A stretch of 64,000 nucleotides of DNA from Flavobacteriaceae bacterium. Lineage in GTDB: Bacteria > Bacteroidota > Bacteroidia > Flavobacteriales > Flavobacteriaceae. Location: positions 28,963 through 92,962 of the forward strand of contig CBDICL010000005.1 of assembly GCA_965277255.1 (NCBI GenBank), given 5' to 3'. The notes under the pieces are model-generated. The model was not told the DNA's origin, ran no database searches, and saw nothing but the letters and a program-made list of their open reading frames with translations. Numbering within the stretch: position 1 is the stretch's first letter; each line of letters opens with the position of its first letter. Of this stretch, positions 20,801 through 26,632 are shown piece by piece. The position numbers were made by a program, and so were the translations under genes.

Positions 20801-20996
20801 TTGAGCCTACAGATGATATATGAAGTTGAGTAGCAGGACTATCAGTCCCTATCCCAACGCTATTAGTAGAAGAATCAACAAATAAAGTGTTAGTGTCAAC
20901 TGTAAGGTCGCCTGTAATAGCTATATTAGTATCCAGCTTTGCTGAGGTTACCGCCCCGTCTTTTAATACCGATGTTGAAACTTGAGTTATAGCCAT
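17811..20996 (-). CDS. Long tail fibre/adhesin 2 with S74-type chaperone
   Basis: 1061 aa; GNVGIGTxxP repeats; three RAPIFYDSDNT(G/S)YY repeats; C-terminal SSDERLKDN...LNGVEFDW...GIIAQEVE...VKYEKLVPLLIEAIKEL. Confidence 0.9.
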   Translation of the reverse strand: MAITQVSTSVLKDGAVTSAKLDTNIAITGDLTVDTNTLFVDSSTNSVGIGTDSPATQLHISSVGSTPAVRIESTHPSGIPFLDLKGAASSQIRYIDETGTIQTRIDMSDNGGFSFVDVAGSASPRMVINSSGNVGIGTTSPNAKLKIEGAVSNNGLSIKSGGNGGTYPFMVTWASGTEGDAFCIDDNLNVGIGTTSPTSKLHIIGNASIGTTGAASSSGLLVGGKGAFGNYVGSGDFGAAYNISLAAGITAKGINMGYNATADAGFIGVVHNGTGWKNLLLQPIAGNVGIGTTNPGYKLHVSGNSFIDATSASATLTLGRYSGQPTIKAGTDDSGYLIIDSSGGILGLNWYSSDNIAIAAGGGNVGIGGTNPSSKLEVISSVDSVAKFRSTAANSNVNIGDASSTTSYSSVIFNTNSGLGQIWKAGTSYSSWGGVSALNIYTSNGPIAFHPNTNANAMFLSTSGNVGIGTVSPADNLQVNGGVTFGSDTTLSHRSRIYESFGLNIDSGAAGGGRPLILRTNNTERMSITSGGSVTANVDMRAPIFYDSDNTSYYLHPASTSRINVIDYSQLKSPSSSNNGRFVNHGDWGTLHQTDSGYIQLGPANSTWAHIYTDRPAFYFNKNLYINNVQVQVVDATDIRYRGIISTQDWNTYIDGTEAGWYRVNNATGSNRPSAYAYGTELNFSIGAANKFQLYAPHNATDGNGIWARTGWSNDYDAWKEFVMFGQAPYSGGDLRAPIFYDSDNTGYYLDPQSLSNIGSISLNEIISSSAVSGDAKLGRNYAYHTLELKGFGSEMMIGAGSNTMHVNYRYCNNTASTSQTPQNWYWRAGTSTSFSNHYWGIGYGVSSLRAPIFYDSDNTGYYLEPKAATNLNAVHTTRIGVNRSSSSTSRHGISLYGGYSTAEPTYGLLFTGTSLGTHGSVTGDWATYFTMSGSTSRGWIFKHSTNLVASISGTGNAHFNGDVVAYSSSDERLKDNKKNIENALKKVESLNGVEFDWNDKQDVYEGHDIGIIAQEVEKIAPEIVNTRDNGYKAVKYEKLVPLLIEAIKELSDKVKALENK

Positions 20997-21242
20997 CTAT
21001 GCTTTTTTAGTGTTGTTTATTTTTGTGCCTTTGCCAAAACCAGATCTATTTCTCGATGCTGCTACAAATGACGATGTTGTATGATCATAGTCCATACCAT
21101 CTATATTCTTACCTTCTTTCTTAGCAGCACGCCGCTTACGTTGGTTCTCCGCTTTCATAGCCGTACGTCTGGGCGTCATTGCTGTGGCTTTATCTCTCGC
21201 GGCTTTGCGGCGTTTTGCTGCTGTTGAAAGTTTTTGTGGCAT
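20997..21242 (-). CDS. Very basic small protein with degenerate HNH-like DYDH...NR
   Basis: 81 aa, K/R-rich. Confidence 0.7.
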   Translation of the reverse strand: MPQKLSTAAKRRKAARDKATAMTPRRTAMKAENQRKRRAAKKEGKNIDGMDYDHTTSSFVAASRNRSGFGKGTKINNTKKA

Positions 21243-21754
21243 TACTTTTTCTTTTTACCGTACATTTTAGCAGGTGACTTTTTACCAGCGTTTTTTAGTT
21301 TAGACTTAACAGTAGCCTCAACTACAACCTTTGTCCCGTCAGGTAAAGTTCTATACTTAGTTCTACCGCTTGCATCTTTTGCAGTACCAGCTAATCCAGT
21401 TTTAGCTTTTTTACTACTACCGGCTGTTATTGTAGTTTTAGTACCTAATCTGCCTTCACCTTGTCTAGCAGCTGTTGTGTTTTCAGCTTTTCTTTCTGAA
21501 GAAGTTTTTTTTCCAGCAGAACGAGGTACCACTCTTTTTACAGTCTGTTTAGTTACTTTTGCTTTTCCTACTCCTCCTTTTATCTCAACTTCTTTAGATT
21601 CCGCTTTGTCCACATCTACATCAACAAATTTGTTTGTCTTCTTAGTTGGTGCAGCTTTGATTGCATCCTGTAGTTGTTGAGGTAAGTTACCTTGCTTTCC
21701 CGTTAACGCTTTCATTAAAGGCGTCTTTGGATTCATTTTAAATGGTGATCCCAT
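21242..21754 (-). CDS. Lys-rich protein, first gene of the late arm (possible DNA-condensing core protein)
   Basis: 170 aa with K/T/A/G bias; SPFK and SPAK motifs. Confidence 0.7.
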   Translation of the reverse strand: MGSPFKMNPKTPLMKALTGKQGNLPQQLQDAIKAAPTKKTNKFVDVDVDKAESKEVEIKGGVGKAKVTKQTVKRVVPRSAGKKTSSERKAENTTAARQGEGRLGTKTTITAGSSKKAKTGLAGTAKDASGRTKYRTLPDGTKVVVEATVKSKLKNAGKKSPAKMYGKKKK

Positions 21755-21831
21755 AATATTGTTTTTTATTAATTAACATGCATGTATTTGATAAGTTTAT
21801 TATTACGCCATATATATAAGACTTAAAAAAG

Positions 21832-21878
21832 TGTGACGTTAGCCCCCTATTATATAACCTTAACAGGCTATTGTCGCA
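21832..21878. promoter_or_regulatory. Dyad (operator-like) site, copy 1
   Basis: TGTGACGTTAGC-N23-GCTATTGTCGCA; the same half-sites recur at 25083..25120 and 28112..28158. Confidence 0.7.
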
Positions 21879-22036
21879 TTACGCTGAAACTGTTGTTAGA
21901 TGTATAGATTTTTATGTTAGATATATAGAGGTTTTGTATTACACATAACTATTTGACAACCAGCGCTTTATATAAAACCCATTATTTTAACCCACCCCCC
22001 TAGCTATTGGTAACCAAGCACTTAGGTTTTTACCTT

Positions 22037-22067
22037 TTTGTTATGTGCAAATTGCACTATAATTTTG
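22037..22067 (+). promoter_or_regulatory. Bacteroidota sigma-A type promoter (-33/-7)
   Basis: TTTG (22037-40), 19-nt spacer, TAATTTTG (22060-67): exact match to TTTG-N19-21-TAnnTTTG at the head of the plus-strand arm. Confidence 0.6.
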
Positions 22068-22151
22068 AACTATTTCGTAGTAACCTCGCCCACACCCTGT
22101 TACCGTTTCGGGATTTAACCTCAGCACTTACTTCGAACCGATCTGTGTTTT

Positions 22152-22185
22152 TTACATACTAAACACGGTACCATCTGGATAATAT
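22152..22185 (+). repeat. 34-nt early-region element, copy 1
   Basis: TTACA TACT AAACACGG TACCATCT GGATAATAT. Confidence 0.8.
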
Positions 22186-22231
22186 AGTTAGGCTCCGACC
22201 TCAACCACACCCATCGACGGTAACATATTTT

Positions 22232-22265
22232 TTACAACCTTAACACGAACCTCTTTGGATAATAT
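22232..22265 (+). repeat. 34-nt early-region element, copy 2
   Basis: TTACA ACCT TAACACGA ACCTCTTT GGATAATAT; 27 nt upstream of ATG 22293. Confidence 0.85.
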
Positions 22266-22292
22266 AAGTGTAACAAATAAAACAAATACACA

Positions 22293-22454
22293 ATGTACAA
22301 AGTAATTAAAGAATCAAATTGGACAGACTCAAAAGGTAAAGTAAGAAACTTCTACAGTTTTGTAAGAGCAAATAGCATTGAAGAAGCTACAAAGTACAGT
22401 GCTCAAAAATGGGGATTAGATAATATAAAAGAAGTAATTGAATTTACAAACTAA
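22293..22454 (+). CDS. 53-aa early protein
   Basis: MYKVIKESNWTDSKGKVRNFYSFVRANSIEEATKYSAQKWGLDNIKEVIEFTN; stop lies inside element copy 3. Confidence 0.7.
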   Translation: MYKVIKESNWTDSKGKVRNFYSFVRANSIEEATKYSAQKWGLDNIKEVIEFTN

Positions 22455-22477
22455 ACACGAACCTCAACGGATAATAT
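22444..22477 (+). repeat. 34-nt early-region element, copy 3
   Basis: TTACA AACT AAACACGA ACCTCAAC GGATAATAT. Confidence 0.85.
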
Positions 22478-22500
22478 AAATGTAACTAAATATAACAAAC

Positions 22501-22605
22501 ATGAACACACTAACTAAAGTTGAACTATACATATTAGAAGATGCAATTATGGATTATTACTATTCCAGAGATAAGAATCCAAAACACTTAGAGTTACAAA
22601 GCTAA
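22501..22605 (+). CDS. 34-aa early protein
   Basis: MNTLTKVELYILEDAIMDYYYSRDKNPKHLELQS; directly downstream of element copy 3. Confidence 0.55.
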   Translation: MNTLTKVELYILEDAIMDYYYSRDKNPKHLELQS

Positions 22606-22710
22606 AATAACAAATATGATTAATAATATTAAGTAAAATAAGTTAAAACACACACATTCACACACTACAACACTCTCACTAAAAATATTAACAAATAAAC
22701 AACAACCATT

Positions 22711-22806
22711 ATGAGTAATGAATTAAGATTAAAAATAGAAAAGCAAAATGACAAGAACAGAAAGAGATTTTTCCTTCTATGGTCTTGGTATGAAACGAGT
22801 TACTAG
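22711..22806 (+). CDS. 31-aa early peptide (overlaps an alternative 46-aa ORF at 22748..22888)
   Basis: MSNELRLKIEKQNDKNRKRFFLLWSWYETSY with AAACAAC leader; which frame is real is uncertain. Confidence 0.4.
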   Translation: MSNELRLKIEKQNDKNRKRFFLLWSWYETSY

Positions 22807-22876
22807 AGTTACATTCTCACGAGGTCCTAGATGGAACAACATCAACTCAACTAAGATTTACTATGCACACACTAAA

Positions 22877-22910
22877 CTACAAGCTTAATACGACTTTAAA
22901 TGGATAATAT
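22877..22910 (+). repeat. 34-nt early-region element, copy 4
   Basis: CTACA AGCT TAATACGA CTTTAAAT GGATAATAT. Confidence 0.85.
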
Positions 22911-22929
22911 AAATGTAAAACAAACAACT

Positions 22930-23106
22930 ATGAAATACAACACTGCATTACACAACTACTTCAACCAACATAAAAACCTCGGCAAGTTATTCAATGAGAT
23001 GGATGCTATAGATATTGAAATTGATCCACTACATAATAAAAAACTATACTTACAAAGTCTAGGTTTCAGTCAAGAAAAAATAAACCAACTATTAAAAATA
23101 AAATAA
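22930..23106 (+). CDS. 58-aa early protein
   Basis: Likely start MKYNTAL at 22930; the track ATG at 22900 lies inside the repeat element. Confidence 0.7.
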   Translation: MKYNTALHNYFNQHKNLGKLFNEMDAIDIEIDPLHNKKLYLQSLGFSQEKINQLLKIK

Positions 23107-23107
23107 T

Positions 23108-23287
23108 ATGTCACAACTAACAAGACTACACGAGCTGAATGGTAAACTAGATATGCTACAAGATCTTAAAATATCTGGTCTAGGTTTATCACTTGACCAA
23201 CAACAAAAGTTGCTATACACACACCAACAAGTTCTTGACCAACGTTTCGAATTACTAAAACAAATTAAAAAAGAATATATACTATGA
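23108..23287 (+). CDS. 59-aa early protein
   Basis: MSQLTRLHELNGKLDMLQDLK...KKEYIL; ATGA-coupled to the next ORF. Confidence 0.65.
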   Translation: MSQLTRLHELNGKLDMLQDLKISGLGLSLDQQQKLLYTHQQVLDQRFELLKQIKKEYIL

Positions 23288-23436
23288 AAAAACCAAACCA
23301 ACTAATTGCACACGAAATATTTGAAGACAACCTTGAAGATTTCAAACAAAACAAAAGCTATAATGAGTTAGATAAACCAAACCAAATTGTGGTCTGTAGA
23401 ATTGTAAACAACTTAATAAGACAAGAATACTACTAA
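23284..23436 (+). CDS. 50-aa early protein
   Basis: MKKPNQLIAHEIFEDNLEDF...LIRQEYY. Confidence 0.65.
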   Translation: MKKPNQLIAHEIFEDNLEDFKQNKSYNELDKPNQIVVCRIVNNLIRQEYY

Positions 23437-23437
23437 T

Positions 23438-23551
23438 ATGATAATAATAAACAAATACACAGGACGTGACGTCTCAAGAGAATTCCTAGCCTTAATGGAA
23501 GGTATAATAACAAACGAAGAATTTGAACTAATAACATTAACACTAAAATAA
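23438..23551 (+). CDS. 37-aa early peptide
   Basis: MIIINKYTGRDVSREFLALMEGIITNEEFELITLTLK. Confidence 0.6.
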   Translation: MIIINKYTGRDVSREFLALMEGIITNEEFELITLTLK

Positions 23552-23556
23552 ACAAC

Positions 23557-23886
23557 ATGAGCTATACAAATTACAAAATAGATGAACTAGCACAAGATTT
23601 TTCTGAGGATGCATGGAATGCATTTCACAATGCAGAAATAAACGACCAAGATGATCTATATGATTATAGACACCAATGGATTGACGACAAAGTAATATAC
23701 ACACACGATTGCAAAAGATATATTGACGATTTAAACTATGATATATTTGAAGATCATGATTTATTTGGCCGTGCAGAAAACTGGTCGCAAGCAGCATATA
23801 ATGCTATCTACGACGCTCTAGATGAGTCCGATGACACTGTCTCTTGGTATGATATGGAACAGGTATTACAAGAAGCCACAAACTAA
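23557..23886 (+). CDS. Ocr (T7 gp0.3)-like acidic DNA-mimic, putative anti-restriction protein
   Basis: About 28 D/E versus 6 K/R in 109 aa; EINDQDDLYDYRHQWIDDKV...FEDHDL...AIYDAL aligns with Ocr [20 protein letters not shown]...FEDSGL...RIYEQL (Ocr sequence recalled). Confidence 0.65.
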   Translation: MSYTNYKIDELAQDFSEDAWNAFHNAEINDQDDLYDYRHQWIDDKVIYTHDCKRYIDDLNYDIFEDHDLFGRAENWSQAAYNAIYDALDESDDTVSWYDMEQVLQEATN

Positions 23887-23892
23887 ATAACA

Positions 23893-24018
23893 ATGGAAGA
23901 AATAACATTTGAACCAATTTACTGTAACTCTTGCAACAATACAGATCTTACATACAACCAAAGTATTATGGATTCATATTGTGCAAACTGTGGCGAATGG
24001 CAAGGCGGTGAATATTAA
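23893..24018 (+). CDS. 41-aa zinc-ribbon peptide
   Basis: CNSC...CANCGEW. Confidence 0.7.
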   Translation: MEEITFEPIYCNSCNNTDLTYNQSIMDSYCANCGEWQGGEY

Positions 24019-24023
24019 TACAA

Positions 24024-24057
24024 TTACAAACTAAATACGAACAACAATGGATAATAT
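24024..24057 (+). repeat. 34-nt early-region element, copy 5
   Basis: TTACA AACT AAATACGA ACAACAAT GGATAATAT. Confidence 0.85.
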
Positions 24058-24110
24058 ATACGAATCAGAAATAACAGAATATACTTATAACTTAATATGC
24101 TATACACACA

Positions 24111-24311
24111 ATGACTAACACATGGATATTTTATGGTAAAGACCATAGCGGAATTAAAACAATACACCACATTAAACAATGTAAACGCCCTGAAGCAACA
24201 AGCGAATACAAAGAAATGATGCACTTACTAGAAAATAATACTTATTACACAACAGGATATATGACTAGTAAAGCATGGAATAAAAATAACCAATATATAA
24301 AAGTAATATGA
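24111..24311 (+). CDS. 66-aa early protein
   Basis: ORF track; downstream of element copy 5. Confidence 0.65.
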   Translation: MTNTWIFYGKDHSGIKTIHHIKQCKRPEATSEYKEMMHLLENNTYYTTGYMTSKAWNKNNQYIKVI

Positions 24312-24645
24312 ACAAATTATAATTTACTACAGGTGTAGAAACAAGTAGCGGAAAAATCAATACTTGCTTAACGAATATCAGATCTCTGATAAATTTGGAA
24401 ACTACTGGATAAGTAATAAACCTTGTAAAAATTACAACTTAGATCATATATAAAAATTCACTAATGTATTGACAAAACAATACACTGGCAACTTACAGAT
24501 AATAATGATGATATGCTAATAACCCTGATTTATGAATTAGAATTAAAAATTAAACAACAAATATTATTTACATAAACCATTGAACAACTAACAAAAATTT
24601 AAAATTCGACTATTAGAATAAATTTGCATATCTACACACAAACAA

Positions 24646-24881
24646 ATGAAATCTATGTAGTATTACACGATCCATTAAATGAACTGGGAAAATAATGTAT
24701 TCTATTAAGACCAGACTTTGATATTCTAATAGAAACTATATCAGAATTAGATGAAGATGCTATTGTATACTGCTCAGATGTAGATGAATTCTTTCCTGAG
24801 TATGAAGTTGAAAACTTTATTGAATGCAATGATGAAGAATACAAAGTTGATAATGGAGTAATTAATTATTTTACAAAGTAA
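24646..24881 (+). pseudogene. Interrupted acidic ORF (start out of frame by one base; in-frame TAA at 24693)
   Basis: One frame reads IYVVLHDPLNELGK*CILLRPDFDILIETISELDEDAIVYCSDVDEFFPEYEVENFIECNDEEYKVDNGVINYFTK*; stop lies inside element copy 6. Confidence 0.45.
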
Positions 24882-24904
24882 ACACGAAGCATAACGGATA
24901 ATAT
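24871..24904 (+). repeat. 34-nt early-region element, copy 6
   Basis: TTACA AAGT AAACACGA AGCATAAC GGATAATAT. Confidence 0.85.
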
Positions 24905-24935
24905 TAACAAATAACAAACACAATTATATAAACAC

Positions 24936-25082
24936 ATGACACTACACGACGTATACATACTAGATAAAATAAATGAAAACAAAATGCATACAATGCATGA
25001 GAAAGCTTATATCGCTAAAAATAAATATCGAATAAAGTTACCAACTGAAACATTAAATGACTACTTTTACAATAACAAATAA
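24936..25082 (+). CDS. 48-aa early protein
   Basis: MTLHDVYILDKINENKMHTMHEKAY...YFYNNK. Confidence 0.6.
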   Translation: MTLHDVYILDKINENKMHTMHEKAYIAKNKYRIKLPTETLNDYFYNNK

Positions 25083-25120
25083 TACGACAATAGCAATTTA
25101 AATAACAGGCTAACGTCACA
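25083..25120. promoter_or_regulatory. Dyad (operator-like) site, copy 2
   Basis: TACGACAATAGC-N14-GCTAACGTCACA; intergenic; orientation inverted relative to copy 1. Confidence 0.7.
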
Positions 25121-25132
25121 AAACAAACAACA

Positions 25133-25282
25133 ATGGGTAAATTAATTATAACATATAAAGGTGAACAACTAGAATACTTAATCAATACAAAAGTAGCTGA
25201 CCACATATCTATGAAAGCTATTGAACACATATTAAAAGAATTCCCACCTGAGGCACCCGTTGATTTTATAGAACTATATTAA
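25133..25282 (+). CDS. 49-aa protein
   Basis: MGKLIITYKGEQLEYLINTKVADHISMKAIEHILKEFPPEAPVDFIELY. Confidence 0.65.
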   Translation: MGKLIITYKGEQLEYLINTKVADHISMKAIEHILKEFPPEAPVDFIELY

Positions 25283-25287
25283 ATATT

Positions 25288-25434
25288 ATGGCAGGAAATA
25301 AACACAACACACAATTTGCTATACACAAACCTAATACATATCAGTTAGTGTATAAAGATTTATACAACGAAAAATGTATAATGACTGGAACACCAAAACA
25401 AATTATAAACTACATACTTAACCAGCAACTATAA
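25288..25434 (+). CDS. 48-aa protein
   Basis: MAGNKHNTQFAIHKPNTYQLVYKDLYNEKC...ILNQQL. Confidence 0.6.
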   Translation: MAGNKHNTQFAIHKPNTYQLVYKDLYNEKCIMTGTPKQIINYILNQQL

Positions 25435-25439
25435 CATAT

Positions 25440-25602
25440 ATGATGGTCCTCTACCCCGTTGGCTTCGGCGAGGATAAGGATTAGCTACCTGAAGAACCCG
25501 CACAAGGGACACCATCATTATAATATTAAAAGCTACAGAGGATTACCGACGGGTAAATATAATCTCGAGATGAAGTAAGGGTAATGTTCCTTCTCCTCTG
25601 TA
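25440..25602 (+). ncRNA. Candidate structured RNA (two tandem multi-stem domains); strand uncertain
   Basis: GC-rich intergenic island. Closing stems ATGATGGT/ACCATCAT (25440-47/25511-18) and TACAGAGGA/TCCTCTGTA (25534-42/25594-602); inner hairpins TTACC-GACG-GGTAA, AAGGG-TAATGT-TCCTT, C-UUCG-G. Confidence 0.5.
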
Positions 25603-25637
25603 CCATATTAAATAATAACTTTAAAACAACAATTAAA

Positions 25638-26210
25638 ATGAAAAAAACTATCTTAACATTAATTACAATTGCAAGTGTATCTTGCACAGTAGACTTTGAC
25701 GATATGAATTTTTATATCGATGAGCTTAAAATGATTGAACAAATAAATTTAAATGAAGCCACACAAACACAAACGCAATCAACAACATTAACTACAACTG
25801 TATCTAATACATTATATAATAATATACAAAGTAAATTAGATTGGGTTGCTTATTTTAACACTTGGTCTGTTAGAGATCATCAATGGCTTCAATACATAGA
25901 GGCTCAAGAACCGGGTTTTACAATGTTATTTAACTTTGAAAACAATCAAATAAACATACCTAATATGCCTACTTGGAGTTATCCTTTAGATGGTCAATAC
26001 AAAATTGAAAATCAAAATAATATTATTGTGGCCTTAATTAAAGATGAATCTAAACGTATTGCAGATATACCTGAAAATTCAACACATATAAGATTTGTAT
26101 ATAGATATTCAAGTGATGAAACATTATATACACCTTATGTTGAAATTAAAGAATTATATAATAAATTCTTTGTAAACTATCAAGGAGAAATAACATATTC
26201 AAACAATTAA
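25638..26210 (+). CDS. Predicted lipoprotein
   Basis: Likely start MKKTILTLITIASVSC: signal peptide with lipobox Cys, followed by a T/Q-rich linker. Confidence 0.7.
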   Translation: MKKTILTLITIASVSCTVDFDDMNFYIDELKMIEQINLNEATQTQTQSTTLTTTVSNTLYNNIQSKLDWVAYFNTWSVRDHQWLQYIEAQEPGFTMLFNFENNQINIPNMPTWSYPLDGQYKIENQNNIIVALIKDESKRIADIPENSTHIRFVYRYSSDETLYTPYVEIKELYNKFFVNYQGEITYSNN

Positions 26211-26214
26211 TATT

Positions 26215-26379
26215 ATGTCAAAACAATATAAAAAGAAAAAAGAATTAATAATAACTGATCCTACAAAATTCCCTGATGACTTTTGGAACTACTGGGTAAA
26301 CCCTATTGTTGGTTATTATATACCACAAAAAAGATCACAAACAAGAAAAGAATCAAGAAAAAAACAATTACAATCTTAA
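26215..26379 (+). CDS. 54-aa protein
   Basis: MSKQYKKKKELIITDPTKFPDDFWNYWVNPIVGYY...KQLQS; stop lies inside element copy 7. Confidence 0.65.
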   Translation: MSKQYKKKKELIITDPTKFPDDFWNYWVNPIVGYYIPQKRSQTRKESRKKQLQS

Positions 26380-26401
26380 CACGAACATTAACAGATAATT
26401 A
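26368..26401 (+). repeat. 34-nt early-region element, copy 7
   Basis: TTACA ATCT TAACACGA ACATTAAC AGATAATTA. Confidence 0.75.
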
Positions 26402-26419
26402 ATTAAACAAACAAACATT

Positions 26420-26632
26420 ATGAGAAACGTAAAAAAAGAAACAATTAAAGTAAAGTCAGAAGCTATTAAAAAAGCTAAATACCATTACAGAAAAAAAATA
26501 CTTTCTGTTAAATTTCACAACGGCGATATATATTACTATCCTGAAATTGAACCATTTATATTTGAAGGTTTAAAAGCATCTGATTCAGTAGGTAAATTTT
26601 TAAACAAATATATTATTCATGCAAAAAATTAA
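26420..26632 (+). CDS. KTSC-domain protein
   Basis: VKSEAIKKAKY...LSVKFHNGDIYYY...LKASDSVGKFLNKYI. Confidence 0.75.
   Translation: MRNVKKETIKVKSEAIKKAKYHYRKKILSVKFHNGDIYYYPEIEPFIFEGLKASDSVGKFLNKYIIHAKN

Noticed and set aside
4624-20996. Diversity-generating retroelement or shufflon acting on the fibres
   Set aside because: No reverse transcriptase or site-specific recombinase ORF; repeats are short, all in the same orientation, and lack adenine-specific mismatches.
22131-22140. GGTTCGAA T-loop-like word on the minus strand (possible tRNA)
   Set aside because: No T-stem pairing, acceptor stem or D-arm; no tRNA was recognised anywhere in the window.
22597-22636. Possible +1 frameshift in an A run truncating ORF 22501 (alternative end AKITNMINNIK)
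   Set aside because: Both endings are plausible and no homolog is available to decide.
24693-24695. Stop-codon reassignment as seen in some crAss-like phages
   Set aside because: Only one in-frame TAA was seen; all long genes translate intact with code 11, and TAG, TGA and TAA all end genes normally.
25440-25518. Canonical hammerhead ribozyme
   Set aside because: CUGAAGA and a GUC/stem III arrangement are present, but GAAA is replaced by GACA and stem I does not pair; kept only as a generic structured-RNA candidate.
22152-26401. CRISPR array interpretation of the 34-nt repeats
   Set aside because: Intervals range from 46 to over 1400 nt and contain ORFs; the repeats have a variable 8-nt core; no cas genes.
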